Below are positions 32,006 to 42,829 of a DNA stretch of 64,000 nucleotides, in pieces; within the stretch, counting starts at the first letter, position 1, and each line of letters starts with the position of its first letter. The notes beneath the pieces are model-generated. The model saw nothing but the letters and a program-made list of their open reading frames with translations. It made no database searches and was not told the DNA's origin. Made by a program: the position numbers and the translations under genes. Source of the DNA: a virus; the IMG/VR virus record IMGVR_UViG_3300022916_000011, positions 1 through 64,000 of that record; one strand, 5' to 3'.

Positions 32006-34185
32006 AACCAATAGAGGGAAAGAGAATTGCATTCTTAGGGGCATTGTCTCACAAAAAAGGTATTCAGCTTATGGTTGAGGGGTTCAATGCCATTCATGAA
32101 GCTGATGAGGAGTATACTATTCACATTGGGGGTATAATTCAAGATGTACGCTATGGGGCTTATTTAGATCATGCTATTCTTGATTTAAAATTGCAAGATC
32201 ATATTTATTATGATGGAAAGGTTGAAGATGTAGTCTCTTGGTTGCAGGATAAAGACTATATTTACTGTTCTTCACCCTTAGAAGGTTGTCCAGTCGGGGT
32301 ATTAGAAGCACTTTCTGTAGGATTAAAGCCTCTAATTCACTCATTTATAGGTGCTTCTGGTCTTTACCCACAAAAATATATCTGGAGAACCATAAAAGAA
32401 TTGGTTGCAATGGCTTTAGAGGGTAGGGGTGATCCAAAAGAATATAGGGATTTTGTTAAGAATAATTATTCGTTGGATAGACAATTGAAGTCAATAAGCA
32501 GGGTGGTAGGTTCTGTAGCTAAGGATGTAAAGAAAACTGCTGTGCGATCTAAGAATAGTACTGTTTCTTGTGTAATTGCTGTTAAGAACGGGGAGAAAAC
32601 CATTGAAAGAGCATTGGAATCTCTAATTTGTCAGACTAAGAAATTAGATCAGATCATTGTTGTAAATGATGCTTCCACTGATAATACAGTGGAAATTGTG
32701 TCTAAATTTGCAACATTTCATAAAGATTCAACTATTAACGCTCAGATTATCACTTTGCCAGAAAGTAAATGGGTATTTTCAGCTAGAAATGAGGGATTTA
32801 AGCGTGTAGATACGGATTATTTCTTTTTTCTTGATGCAGATGATTATGTACCTGAAAATTATGTGTATGAAATGAGCAAAATGTTAGACAATAATCCTAC
32901 AGTAGCAGTTACTTATTGTGATATGGTTCATTTTAATGAACTAGGGGAGGAGAAAGTTCCTGTACCAGAATTTGATCCATCTATTCTTATGGAAAGAAAT
33001 TTTATTGCTTACTCTGCAATGCAAAGGACGAAGAACTTTGAAGGATATTCTGAATATTTGAATGATACCAGAAATCATTTGACGGAATGGGATCTTTGGT
33101 TAAATTACGTCAAGAGGGGTTTCCAGATAAGAAAGTGTACCCATACTAGCTTTCATTATTACCTTGCACCCACGATGGGCTCAGACACTCAAATGAGTAA
33201 AAATTATGAACAACCTAGACTTTCAATGCACATTCAGATGGCGATGGGGTTGGTTGCTAATCTTTCTGATATTCAGATTAAAGGGGATGAGAAAAGAATT
33301 CTTCTTGTATGTCAGGGAAAAGATTATTTGGATCGTTCAAAAATGGGTTTTGAACTTATGACTTGGTGCAAACCTCTAGAGGATTTTGGGGATGTATTTG
33401 TATTCCAGTATGATGTAGCAATAAAACATTTTGGTAAAGAAGGAATGGTTAACAAGCTGGAAGAGACTTTAAATGTTGTAGACCCAACTGTAATTTTCCA
33501 CCCAACATACGTGGATGATATTCCAGCTAAAACATGGGCTGAGATAACTAAAGCATTTAAAACAGTTTGCTGGAATAGTGATGATGATAGACGGTTCGAC
33601 AGTTTTTCAAAAGAGTATGGGAAAAATTTTACTAATTCGGTGACTACTTACCCTGAAATATTTAAGAAAATGGATCATCCTGGTAGGATTTTAAGTGCTT
33701 GGGCAGTGAACACTTCTTATTTTTATCCTAGAGAAAAAACAATAGATGTTAGTTTTTGTGGTCAGAAGTATGGTGGCCGTGAAGAAATGTTAAGCGGTTT
33801 GGATGTGGAATGTTATGGGGGTGGTTGGGAAAATGGTTTTGTTGATTTTACAGAAATGGCAAAGATATTAGGGGAGAGCAAAATTTCTATTAATTTCAGT
33901 TTGGGTGCTGATGGTAATTCTCAAATGAAACTCCGACCCTTTGAGATATGTGGTTCTAATACTTTGTGTTTAACTGAGAATGCACCTGGATTAGATAATT
34001 TATATGCGATAGAGGAAGAGGTTATCCTTTTTGAAACCAAAAAAGAACTAAAGGAATTGATCGAGTATTATCTAGAACATGAAGATGAAAGAAAAGCTAT
34101 AGCCAAAGCTGCATATGAGCGCACTATATCTAAGCATACGTGGAAAAATAGGTTTGAAGAGATTTTCAACGTGCTTTACACTTAA
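32002..34185 (+). CDS. Multidomain glycosyltransferase: GT4 C-domain + GT2 + CgeB/Glyco_trans_1_2
   Basis: KKGIQL...EGCPVGVLEA; VNDASTD...FLDADD; KLRPFE...HTWKNR. Confidence 0.85.
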   Translation: MKPIEGKRIAFLGALSHKKGIQLMVEGFNAIHEADEEYTIHIGGIIQDVRYGAYLDHAILDLKLQDHIYYDGKVEDVVSWLQDKDYIYCSSPLEGCPVGVLEALSVGLKPLIHSFIGASGLYPQKYIWRTIKELVAMALEGRGDPKEYRDFVKNNYSLDRQLKSISRVVGSVAKDVKKTAVRSKNSTVSCVIAVKNGEKTIERALESLICQTKKLDQIIVVNDASTDNTVEIVSKFATFHKDSTINAQIITLPESKWVFSARNEGFKRVDTDYFFFLDADDYVPENYVYEMSKMLDNNPTVAVTYCDMVHFNELGEEKVPVPEFDPSILMERNFIAYSAMQRTKNFEGYSEYLNDTRNHLTEWDLWLNYVKRGFQIRKCTHTSFHYYLAPTMGSDTQMSKNYEQPRLSMHIQMAMGLVANLSDIQIKGDEKRILLVCQGKDYLDRSKMGFELMTWCKPLEDFGDVFVFQYDVAIKHFGKEGMVNKLEETLNVVDPTVIFHPTYVDDIPAKTWAEITKAFKTVCWNSDDDRRFDSFSKEYGKNFTNSVTTYPEIFKKMDHPGRILSAWAVNTSYFYPREKTIDVSFCGQKYGGREEMLSGLDVECYGGGWENGFVDFTEMAKILGESKISINFSLGADGNSQMKLRPFEICGSNTLCLTENAPGLDNLYAIEEEVILFETKKELKELIEYYLEHEDERKAIAKAAYERTISKHTWKNRFEEIFNVLYT

Positions 34186-34193
34186 TTTTTCTC

Positions 34194-34223
34194 TTGACTT
34201 TTACATGTATAATGTGGTATAAA
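34194..34223 (+). promoter_or_regulatory. Sigma70-type promoter TTGACT-N18-TATAAA
   Basis: Intergenic, followed by a hairpin at 34247-34283. Confidence 0.55.
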
Positions 34224-34313
34224 GTATGTAAATTAAATTAAAATAAAGATTAGTAAGGGGAGGTTATCTTCTCTTACTAATCTTTATAAAGAAAGGAGAC
34301 AATAAATTAAATT

Positions 34314-34598
34314 ATGCGGAGAAAAAAGAAAATACCAAGAAAGAAGAAATATGATGTAGTATTGAACAATCATGCTAAGAAAAGGGTTTGGGAAAGATAT
34401 TCTATTGAATTTACTAATGCTGATTTGAACAAAATAATTGCCAAGATTCATAATGGGGATGCGGTGTTTGTAGAAGGAAAGACTAATACTAGAACTGTTC
34501 ATAAGATTGAGTACGAAGGAACTGATTTTTTAGTTTTGTACAGCAGAAGTATGAAAAGAATTGTTACATTTCTACCAATGGAGAATTATCATGCGTGA
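34314..34598 (+). CDS. Small basic protein, RelE/DUF4258-like fold candidate
   Basis: NHAKKRVWER...VLYS....IVTFLP pattern. Confidence 0.45.
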   Translation: MRRKKKIPRKKKYDVVLNNHAKKRVWERYSIEFTNADLNKIIAKIHNGDAVFVEGKTNTRTVHKIEYEGTDFLVLYSRSMKRIVTFLPMENYHA

Positions 34599-34793
34599 TA
34601 AGATTAAAGCTAGAATATTAGATGAATTAGAAATGAGAGGTTGGACTATAGTTGAGGGTACAGAAAACTTGATTCCACCGGATTCATTATGGGAAAAGAA
34701 ACCAAAAGAGTTTTTCGTGTATGATGCTGTTGATGTGGAAGAATTACTGAATAAAGAATTTTTTGAAAAAGTTTTAATGGAGGAGGGGTTATA

Positions 34794-35441
34794 ATGGGGT
34801 GGGAAGATGATTTGATTGCTACATTAGAAGATGAAATAAAAAAAGATTCTACTTCTGGTCTTTACGATGAGGATTTTTATAATGCACACGTTAAGTATAA
34901 ACCCATTTATAGTTTCCTGGGGGATTTGATAGTCGCCACTCTTGAACCGAAATCTGTTATTGACTTGGGTTGTGGGTGCGGTTTCCTTCTAGAAAGATTG
35001 AAAGAGCATGGTGTTTCAACTCTTAAAGGGATTGACGGTAGTGATCAAGCTGAATCTGCTTGGAGTGAAGATATTAAAACCTTTGCAGAAGTACATGATC
35101 TTGTGAAATTCAAACCAGAAGGAAGGTATGATCTTGCTGTTTGTATGGAAGTAGCAGAGCATATTCCTCAAGATAAATCTTCTAGAGTCGTTAAAGTTGT
35201 GACAAGTGCAGCTAGTAAGTTTGTATGGTGGACTGCTGCTGTACCAGGACAGGGTGGTACAGGACATGTAAATTGTCAGAGCATTTGTTATTGGGTAAGG
35301 GAATTTGAAAATCAAGGGTTTGTACCCGCATGGGAATTAACCTATGATCTAAAAACAGAAATGTTGAAAATTCCAGAAATATGTATGTCATTCCCATGGT
35401 TTAGGGATAATTTAATTCTTTTTAAGAGGGTGGGAAAATGA
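34794..35441 (+). CDS. Class I SAM methyltransferase (glycan-associated)
   Basis: VIDLGCGCG, CMEVAEHI, AAVPGQGGTGHVN. Confidence 0.85.
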   Translation: MGWEDDLIATLEDEIKKDSTSGLYDEDFYNAHVKYKPIYSFLGDLIVATLEPKSVIDLGCGCGFLLERLKEHGVSTLKGIDGSDQAESAWSEDIKTFAEVHDLVKFKPEGRYDLAVCMEVAEHIPQDKSSRVVKVVTSAASKFVWWTAAVPGQGGTGHVNCQSICYWVREFENQGFVPAWELTYDLKTEMLKIPEICMSFPWFRDNLILFKRVGK

Positions 35442-35568
35442 ATAATGATGAAGAAGAACAAATTCCTAATCTCAATAAGCATGAAAGTGAGTTGAGAAAA
35501 CATAGGAAAAAGAGAAAGATAAAAAGTAAAATGTCCAAACGGTCAAGAAAGAAAAATAGGAGGTAAAC

Positions 35569-36267
35569 GTGGGACAAGTCTTTGCTTTTGGCAATTCTCA
35601 TGTATCTATTTTTTCTGGAACTGATTCGATGGTTCCAATTTGGCCTAATCTTTCACAAGATAAACTTCCTTGGTTTCGTACTTTTAGGATAGGTGCTGTT
35701 ACTGCTTATCAGGCAGTGAAGCACATGAAATTGATTTATGAAATATGTGATTCTGTTTCTTTTAAAAAAGATGAGGATATTCTTTTATTTGTATTTGGTG
35801 AAGTGGATATTAGAGCGCATATAGTAGAACAAAGTAAAAAACAGAATAGACCACAAGTACAAATAACAAAGGAAGTAGTACAAAGGTATTTTGAAGCTAT
35901 AAAAGAGGCTAAAGATGAAGGTTATGAAGTAGCAGTTTTTGGCTGTATTGCTGGTTTTAAGTTAAAAGAAGGTGGGGATAAGCCACCTTGGCCTTACTCT
36001 GGTACATGTAAAGAGCGTAATAGCATAACACAAATTTTTAATCAGGAATTATGTAAAAAGTGTCATACTAATTACATTCCTTTTATTTCTGTGTTTGAAG
36101 AAATGCTATTAATGAATGGAGAAACTGATGTTAGATATTTAGATATTAATGGTGCTGGATGTCACCTCACTACGAAAATACTTCCATTGATTCTATGGCG
36201 ATTTAGAGATTCAGGGTTAATTCCTTTTGATTGTAAATTGTGTGAGTGGGAGAGTAAAGGGGCATAA
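35569..36267 (+). CDS. SGNH-hydrolase-like protein (putative O-acetyl esterase/transferase)
   Basis: FGNSH, FGEVDIRAH, D....CHL. Confidence 0.65.
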   Translation: MGQVFAFGNSHVSIFSGTDSMVPIWPNLSQDKLPWFRTFRIGAVTAYQAVKHMKLIYEICDSVSFKKDEDILLFVFGEVDIRAHIVEQSKKQNRPQVQITKEVVQRYFEAIKEAKDEGYEVAVFGCIAGFKLKEGGDKPPWPYSGTCKERNSITQIFNQELCKKCHTNYIPFISVFEEMLLMNGETDVRYLDINGAGCHLTTKILPLILWRFRDSGLIPFDCKLCEWESKGA

Positions 36268-36269
36268 AA

Positions 36270-37004
36270 TTGACAGATTTAGTTTACTTGCATGTACCAA
36301 AAACAGGTGGAACCTATACAGCAAGGAACGGTGTATTAGATCCTATTAATGATTTGAATCATAGTGTTTTCATAGATGGTAATTTTGATGATAAGGATTA
36401 CCCACCTAGCCCAGGCTATTTAGCTAAAATGAAGAAAGATGTATCGGTAGTAAATAAACCAGATAGAATTTGTTTTGCTACCGTTAGGAATCCTTATTCA
36501 TGGTTAGTGAGCTATTGGTTTCATGCAGGATGTAATATACCAGAAAATGAAAATCCTTCTCATTATGATTACAGATTAGCAAGGAAGGGCTTCAGTACCT
36601 TTGTGGAAGGAATCGCTAAAAGAGATGTAGGGTGGCCATCTAAGAAATTTATTCATTTCGCTTTTTTTTCATATAAGGGTGATTTTATGATTGATAGACT
36701 AATTCATCAAGAGGATCTAGATAGTGAATTGAAAGAATTAGCTGCTGATTATAAACTTTCTTATACACCACAAGACAGGGTTATGGTTGGCAAAGCCACA
36801 AAGAATTATGTAGATTATTACGATGATAATTTACGTTCTCTAGTTCGTGATGTTTGGGGTAGGGAATTAGCTTTGTTTGGCTATGATTTTTGGGGAAGAA
36901 ATTTCACTGGTATTTTGGATAAGGGCATTACAGAAAAACATAAGGAAGAAATAAAGTATGTTTGGAAAACAAATATTTTAAAAATAGGGGAGGAGGCATT
37001 ATGA
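36270..37004 (+). CDS. Sulfotransferase family 2 protein
   Basis: YLHVPKTGGT (5'-PSB) and VRNPYSWLVSYW (3'-PB). Confidence 0.85.
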   Translation: MTDLVYLHVPKTGGTYTARNGVLDPINDLNHSVFIDGNFDDKDYPPSPGYLAKMKKDVSVVNKPDRICFATVRNPYSWLVSYWFHAGCNIPENENPSHYDYRLARKGFSTFVEGIAKRDVGWPSKKFIHFAFFSYKGDFMIDRLIHQEDLDSELKELAADYKLSYTPQDRVMVGKATKNYVDYYDDNLRSLVRDVWGRELALFGYDFWGRNFTGILDKGITEKHKEEIKYVWKTNILKIGEEAL

Positions 37005-38071
37005 ACATTCTTTACATACCTTTGGAATTTCCAAATTGGTACTCTGCAAAGAAAATGACTTATCCGGTTGGGGTAGGTCTAAGTGAAGGTTTTGGTAAGA
37101 ATATTGAGGTTACGGTTGTACCAGCATTTTACAATTCCGGTCTGTGGATGCAATATTTGCATCAAATTACTATGGGACAAAAGTATGATCAGGTTTGGTT
37201 TGAAGTTGTGCATTCTAAAATTCCAATGCAGGTATTGGAATATATAAAATCTTTAGCTGAAATTAGGGTAGGATTTGTTATTGAAAGTCTCACTATTCAT
37301 CCTGATGAGTATAAAAATAATCCAGACGGTACTAATTTAAGAACAGAAAATCTCAATGCGAAATTGCCATATATGACGCACGTTGTAGTTGTGGATGAGA
37401 GAGATTTAAAAACCTTCAAAATTCCAGTAATGTTTGATATTGCTAGTGTGCCTGAGAGTATGGTTAATCTTGAAGTGAATGAAAAAGCACTAGAAACTGA
37501 TAATGTAATTTTTTATGGAACACCTTATGGAGAAAGAGAGCAATGGGTCAAAGCATTGGGTGATTCTCTTTTGTTAAATCCACAAGGTAATTCAGAAGAA
37601 AAGGGTGGAATGCCAGCACAATATGAAACCATCACCTCTGGTGCATTTAATAATATGTTCGGAAAAGAGGTTATTCCAGTTGGGTATTACAAAACATTTT
37701 GTGATTCTTGGATGGGTATTCGAAAGAAAATGTATCAGAATTGGATGCGTATACTCTGGAGTATTCAAGGGTATGGGGTCTTAAATCTTCCACATAGAAC
37801 TAATGTTTTATCAAGCAGGGTGATCGAATCTATGGCTGCGGGTAAAGTTGTGTTTTCGCCCAGAATGTACAATGGAGCAGATTTCTTGTTTAATAATGGT
37901 GAAAATATTATGTATTATGAGTCATTAGAAGAATTAGAGGAGTTGATCTATGAGATTGATTATGCGGATAAGTACATGATTGCTAAAAATGCCATCAATA
38001 CTGTTCTGGAAAATTTCACCACAGAGAAAATGGTTCAACGAATTTTAAAATTCGTTAAGGAGAATATTTGA
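37001..38071 (+). CDS. CgeB-like (Glyco_trans_1_2) glycosyltransferase
   Basis: SSRVIESMAAGK, IAKNA..V...FT at C-terminus. Confidence 0.7.
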   Translation: MNILYIPLEFPNWYSAKKMTYPVGVGLSEGFGKNIEVTVVPAFYNSGLWMQYLHQITMGQKYDQVWFEVVHSKIPMQVLEYIKSLAEIRVGFVIESLTIHPDEYKNNPDGTNLRTENLNAKLPYMTHVVVVDERDLKTFKIPVMFDIASVPESMVNLEVNEKALETDNVIFYGTPYGEREQWVKALGDSLLLNPQGNSEEKGGMPAQYETITSGAFNNMFGKEVIPVGYYKTFCDSWMGIRKKMYQNWMRILWSIQGYGVLNLPHRTNVLSSRVIESMAAGKVVFSPRMYNGADFLFNNGENIMYYESLEELEELIYEIDYADKYMIAKNAINTVLENFTTEKMVQRILKFVKENI

Positions 38072-38262
38072 TGGAACATGCAGATTTTCCAATAGACAGT
38101 TTTGGTTTTATGAATGATCCTGCAACAAATGAGCAGAAAGAAATGATTGTTGAACTTTGTGAGGCTAGAGATACACCAATTGATCCTAATGGTAAATGGC
38201 CTGAACCTTTTACTAAGTGGGATGCTAAAAGGATGATTGATAATTTGGAAGGAGAGTCATGA
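38068..38262 (+). CDS. Small protein, paralog of 42830-43021 (DUF3072-like)
   Basis: PATNEQKEMI..LC...FTKWDAKRMIDNL. Confidence 0.65.
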   Translation: MMEHADFPIDSFGFMNDPATNEQKEMIVELCEARDTPIDPNGKWPEPFTKWDAKRMIDNLEGES

Positions 38263-38957
38263 ACACCTTGGATAAATTGGTAGAATCGGGGTTACATAAT
38301 GTTGAGGAACCTTTGAAGCTCCATTTGGGTTGTGGTCAGACTAAATTAGATGGTTTCATTAATATTGATTTCCCTCAAGATAAACATAATGTTATGATTT
38401 CTGCTGCTGATGCAGAAGCAGATATAACAAAAGATTTGCTTTTTCCAAGATTTTCTGTGGATGAAATACGGTTACATCATTTGTTCGAACATTTTCCACG
38501 TGTAGTAGCATTAGCACAACTTGTGAAATGGCACTTTTGGTTAAAGATTGATGGAATACTCATAATTGAAACTCCTGATTTTATGGGGAGTATTCAGCAG
38601 ATAGTTGATAATGATATTGAGTATGCTCAGAAAATGGCTATAGTACGTCATTTAGTTGGTGATCAAGCGGCAGAATGGGGATTTCATATAGATCAGTGGT
38701 GGAAGGATAGATTTGAAACCACTTTGTCTAGCTTCGGTTTTCATGTTACAGATATTAAATATTTCACTTGGGAAATGTGGCCTCATTTAAAAAGTATTAC
38801 AGTTACTGCCACTAAGGTTGCAGAGATTTCTATAGCGGAACAAATTAAAAAGTGTTTCCTATTACTGAAAGATAGCATGGTTTCTGAAAGAGAAGTAGCA
38901 ACTTTTGAAGTATGGCAACACCAGTTATTAGAAGAACTGAAGGAGTATACGGGATGA
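38259..38957 (+). CDS. Class I SAM methyltransferase (type 11-like)
   Basis: LHLGCG, HLFEH, IETPD. Confidence 0.8.
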   Translation: MNTLDKLVESGLHNVEEPLKLHLGCGQTKLDGFINIDFPQDKHNVMISAADAEADITKDLLFPRFSVDEIRLHHLFEHFPRVVALAQLVKWHFWLKIDGILIIETPDFMGSIQQIVDNDIEYAQKMAIVRHLVGDQAAEWGFHIDQWWKDRFETTLSSFGFHVTDIKYFTWEMWPHLKSITVTATKVAEISIAEQIKKCFLLLKDSMVSEREVATFEVWQHQLLEELKEYTG

Positions 38958-39709
38958 CATTATTAAATCCATATCCAAATAAAATAAAAAGAGAAATACT
39001 GACTACTGCTTACAATGCTGGAGAGGGTCATATAGCATCTTCTCTTTCTATTGTGGAATTACTATATGTGCTTTACGATAATGTGTTAAAGGAAGAAGAT
39101 TATTTTATCTTATCTAAGGGACACGCTTCCCTTGGATGGTATGCTGTTTTGAACCATTTTGGTTATATTACGGATGAAGATTCAGATTCATTTTGCAAAC
39201 CAAATGGATTACCAGGACATCCTGATAGACTCAAAACCCCTTGTATTCATGCGTCTACTGGTTCTTTAGGACATGGTTTACCCATTGGGGTTGGCATCGC
39301 TTTAGGTCTTAAAGCAGCAAATAGAAGTGGGAAAGTTTACGTTCTGATAGGTGATGGAGAAGCTAATGAAGGAGCTATATGGGAAGCTGCAAATTTAGCT
39401 GTATATCATGATCTGGATAATTTATGTTGTATAGTGGATTGTAATGGTTCTGCTGACAGGGCTTTGACAACTTATATACCAAAAGTGTTTAGTGCCTTTG
39501 GTTGGGTTACTAATGAAATAGTGGGACATAACATGTATGATATTAATCATGCTATTAATGATACAGCTATTCCACCTAGATTACCTTACTGTGTTGTTGC
39601 TATAACGACAAAGGGATATGGGGTTAGTTTCATGGAGAATAACCCTGAGTGGCACCACAAGACGATGAATGAAGAACAGTATCAGCAGGCTATGAAGGAG
39701 TTAGAATAA
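38954..39709 (+). CDS. Transketolase N-terminal (ThDP-binding) subunit
   Basis: GHIASSLS, LSKGHA, STGSLGHGL, GDGEANEG, KGYGVSFME...WHH. Confidence 0.9.
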   Translation: MTLLNPYPNKIKREILTTAYNAGEGHIASSLSIVELLYVLYDNVLKEEDYFILSKGHASLGWYAVLNHFGYITDEDSDSFCKPNGLPGHPDRLKTPCIHASTGSLGHGLPIGVGIALGLKAANRSGKVYVLIGDGEANEGAIWEAANLAVYHDLDNLCCIVDCNGSADRALTTYIPKVFSAFGWVTNEIVGHNMYDINHAINDTAIPPRLPYCVVAITTKGYGVSFMENNPEWHHKTMNEEQYQQAMKELE

Positions 39710-40809
39710 TGGATAATTCTTTTTGGGTAGATGCGGGGGAGGGTGTACATTTACGGATAAGAAAGTTTGAAAGATTACCCCCTTTTCCAGAACCAACAGA
39801 ACTTATTTTAGATTGGGAAGGAATAAAAAGAGGTGGAGAAGAAATTCTTTTTTCTAAAGAAGAAGTAGAAAAAGTGGTAAAGGAATGTCCTTCTTTATTT
39901 GATTTCGTTATAGCTAATTTAATATAAAGGAACTAGAATAATGGCAAAATCAAATATCACTGTAGATGTCACTGCTAATTTGTTTTCCCTATGTTCTGTA
40001 AAATGTGACAATTTTAGTTGTGTACACAGAAATCAGGACACCCATAATTGTAATTTGAAGCATATAGAAATAGATGTAGCTGGAAAATGTGAAAATTATA
40101 GAACTGCGAATATGATGGCATGAGGGGTTAAAATGAAAGCACCGATACGAGAAAGACGTTTAGGTAAATTCTCTATTACAAGGAATGTGATATACGACAA
40201 TCCTGAGCTTGTTAAAAGAATAATGGGTGAATGTATTATTGTTAATGCAACTATGAAGTGGCATACAGATGCTATTCATTATGTAGCTATATCAGATCAT
40301 TTTGCTGTAGTAGAAGAAGGAGATAGAGAAATACCTATTTATTCAATCCAATGTGAAACAGAATATGATGATACTGGTATGATAGTTAATATTGATTGGA
40401 AGTTTACGGGGGTGTAAAATGGGAGAAGGGATGATGAAATTAGAAACTGCACGACACATTGCGGCACGGATATGGTGTGATCAAGAGTATCAACACATTG
40501 AGATGGATGTGAACCTTGCAGAGAAAATTGCTGTTATGCTGATGAACAATGCGAACAGTGAAGCACCACCGGAGGAGGGATGAAATGGGAATGTTTGATT
40601 GGGTATTTATTGTATGTCCTGAGTGTGGTGGCAATATAGGATTTCAGTCTAAAGCAGGGGAATGTGATTTGCGAGAATATGATGAATATGACATGCCACC
40701 TGAAATTGCTGTTGATTTAAAAGATGAGGAGATGCGGTGTGATCAGTGTAAAGCCCGTGTAAAATTGAGAGTTCAAGTAATTACTAAAGTAGATGTGGAG
40801 TTGCTATGA
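39709..40809 (+). CDS. Five small hypothetical genes between the transketolase subunits
   Basis: ORFs 39709-39927, 39941-40123, 40133-40417, ~40419-40583, ~40585-40809. Confidence 0.6.
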
Positions 40810-41663
40810 GAAATCAATTCGTAAGGACAATGACAGATATAATGAATGAGGATCAAAACCCTTATCTTCTCTTAGGTGATATTGGAGTGTGGGGTTTCAG
40901 ACATCTATTAGAGAAATACCCTCTGAGAGCAAAGAATATAGGTATCTGTGAGCAGGCAATGATCAGTCTAGCATCAGGGTTATCTATGGTTGGTTTTACC
41001 CCTGTGGTGCATTCTATAGCACCGTTTCTAGTGGAGAGAGCATACGAGCAAATTAAGATTGATTTTGGATATCAAGAGTTAGGTGGTAATTTTGTTTCTG
41101 TTGGAGCTAGTTATAATTACAATAAACTTGGAAGTACACATCACTGTCCAGCAGACGTTTCTATCCTCAGTCAAATACCAAATATGCAAATAGTTGTGCC
41201 AGGTTCGGCGAAAGAGTTTGACATTTTGTTTAAGGAAAGTTATAATAATGGTCTACCTACCTACTTTCGCCTGTGTGAGCATACTAATGGGGATAACTTG
41301 AATGTCAAATTTGGTGAGGTGCTCCCACTTCATGGAACTGGCACAAGGTTCACAATGCTTATCACAGGTCCTGCCTTTGACTACGTTAAGATAACTGGTT
41401 ATATGGGTTCTGGAATAAAAGTGTTATATTGCACTACACCAGTACCATTAGATTTGTATACTATAGGTAGGAATATAGAAAGTAATAGACTCATGATTGT
41501 TGAGCCATACTATTCAGCTATGTTACCAGAGATAGTAAATGCTTTTCCTGGTTTAGAGGTAATTTCTGTAACACCCGATAAAGCATTTGTAGATGTTGGT
41601 TTTGATCAGGAAAAAGATATGGTTAATCGCATTATTTGGAATGTGAGGAGATTGAAATGGTAG
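40806..41663 (+). CDS. Transketolase C-terminal (pyrimidine-binding) subunit
   Basis: NIGICEQAM, RAYEQIKID, LGSTHH, PTYFRL. Confidence 0.9.
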   Translation: MRNQFVRTMTDIMNEDQNPYLLLGDIGVWGFRHLLEKYPLRAKNIGICEQAMISLASGLSMVGFTPVVHSIAPFLVERAYEQIKIDFGYQELGGNFVSVGASYNYNKLGSTHHCPADVSILSQIPNMQIVVPGSAKEFDILFKESYNNGLPTYFRLCEHTNGDNLNVKFGEVLPLHGTGTRFTMLITGPAFDYVKITGYMGSGIKVLYCTTPVPLDLYTIGRNIESNRLMIVEPYYSAMLPEIVNAFPGLEVISVTPDKAFVDVGFDQEKDMVNRIIWNVRRLKW

Positions 41664-42637
41664 ATATAAAAGATTTTTTCCCCAGTGTTGCTAGTAGGGT
41701 TCGTAACATTGAAAAACTAAAAGGTAGGAAGGTACTAGTGACAGGGGCAAGCGGTCTAATTGGTAATCATATTCTTTCAACATTAGATGACGTTGAAGCA
41801 GATACACATATTTTACACCATGAGACTGTTCCTTACTGTATACGTAAGAGAATGACTGGTCATTCTTGGTATTCCTTAACTTTACCTACTAGAAGTTTTG
41901 ATTATATTTTTCATTTAGCGGGATATGGACAACCAGACAAATTTAGTATAAATCCTTATACGACAATCGATTTGAATACGGGGGTTTTACTACATTTAAT
42001 TACTAAAAATTTAGAGTTTGGTGGTTCTATCTTATTTGCCAGTACTTCAGAGATTTATAGCGGTTTGACTGTAGAAGCTACTGAAGATATGGTTGGAACT
42101 ACTACGCCAGCACATCCCAGAGCTTGCTACATTGAAAGTAAACGTTGTGGTGAGGCTCTTATTCATGCTTTGAATGAAAAGGGTTACAATGGTAAAATTG
42201 CTAGGATAGCTTTAGCATATGGTCCTGGTTGCAGATATGATGACACCCGTGTTATGTCGGATTTCATTAGAATGGGTTTGGAAAATAAGCACATAGCACC
42301 AAGGGGTGGATTGAGAAATGTACGTACATATAATTATGTTACTGATACCGTCCAAATGCTCTTTAACATCCTATTGAATGGGAAGCAGACCGTTTACAAT
42401 GTAGGTGGTGAAAGTTCTCTTACAATAGGGAGATTAGCTTTGCTAATAGGAAAGGAAGTAGGTGCAAAAGTGGAGTTAGTTGATTTAATACACACCGATG
42501 CATCCCCTACATTTGTTGGTATTAGCACTGATAGATACAATGAGGAATTCCCAGATATGAAAATTACAAATATAAATGATGGTTTGGATAGGACAATAGA
42601 GTGGTTTAGGTATTTGGAGGAGTCAAAAAATGGCTGA
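41657..42637 (+). CDS. NAD-dependent epimerase/dehydratase, UDP-glucuronate decarboxylase-like
   Basis: TGASGLIG, ASTSEIY, PRACYIESKRCGE, YGPG. Confidence 0.85.
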   Translation: MVDIKDFFPSVASRVRNIEKLKGRKVLVTGASGLIGNHILSTLDDVEADTHILHHETVPYCIRKRMTGHSWYSLTLPTRSFDYIFHLAGYGQPDKFSINPYTTIDLNTGVLLHLITKNLEFGGSILFASTSEIYSGLTVEATEDMVGTTTPAHPRACYIESKRCGEALIHALNEKGYNGKIARIALAYGPGCRYDDTRVMSDFIRMGLENKHIAPRGGLRNVRTYNYVTDTVQMLFNILLNGKQTVYNVGGESSLTIGRLALLIGKEVGAKVELVDLIHTDASPTFVGISTDRYNEEFPDMKITNINDGLDRTIEWFRYLEESKNG

Positions 42638-42829
42638 TATACCATTTGCAGTTGGTTTGAATAAAGGAAATAGGGCGGTTATTAAACTACAATTTATTAA
42701 TGGAGTGGTTCCTCTTGTATACTCTCATATGTGTATAACAAAAGATGGAAATAGGTATGCGTTTAGAACAGAGGAAGATGCTAAATTAGCTGCTAATTAT
42801 AATGATTGGAAATATATAGAGGATAGCAA

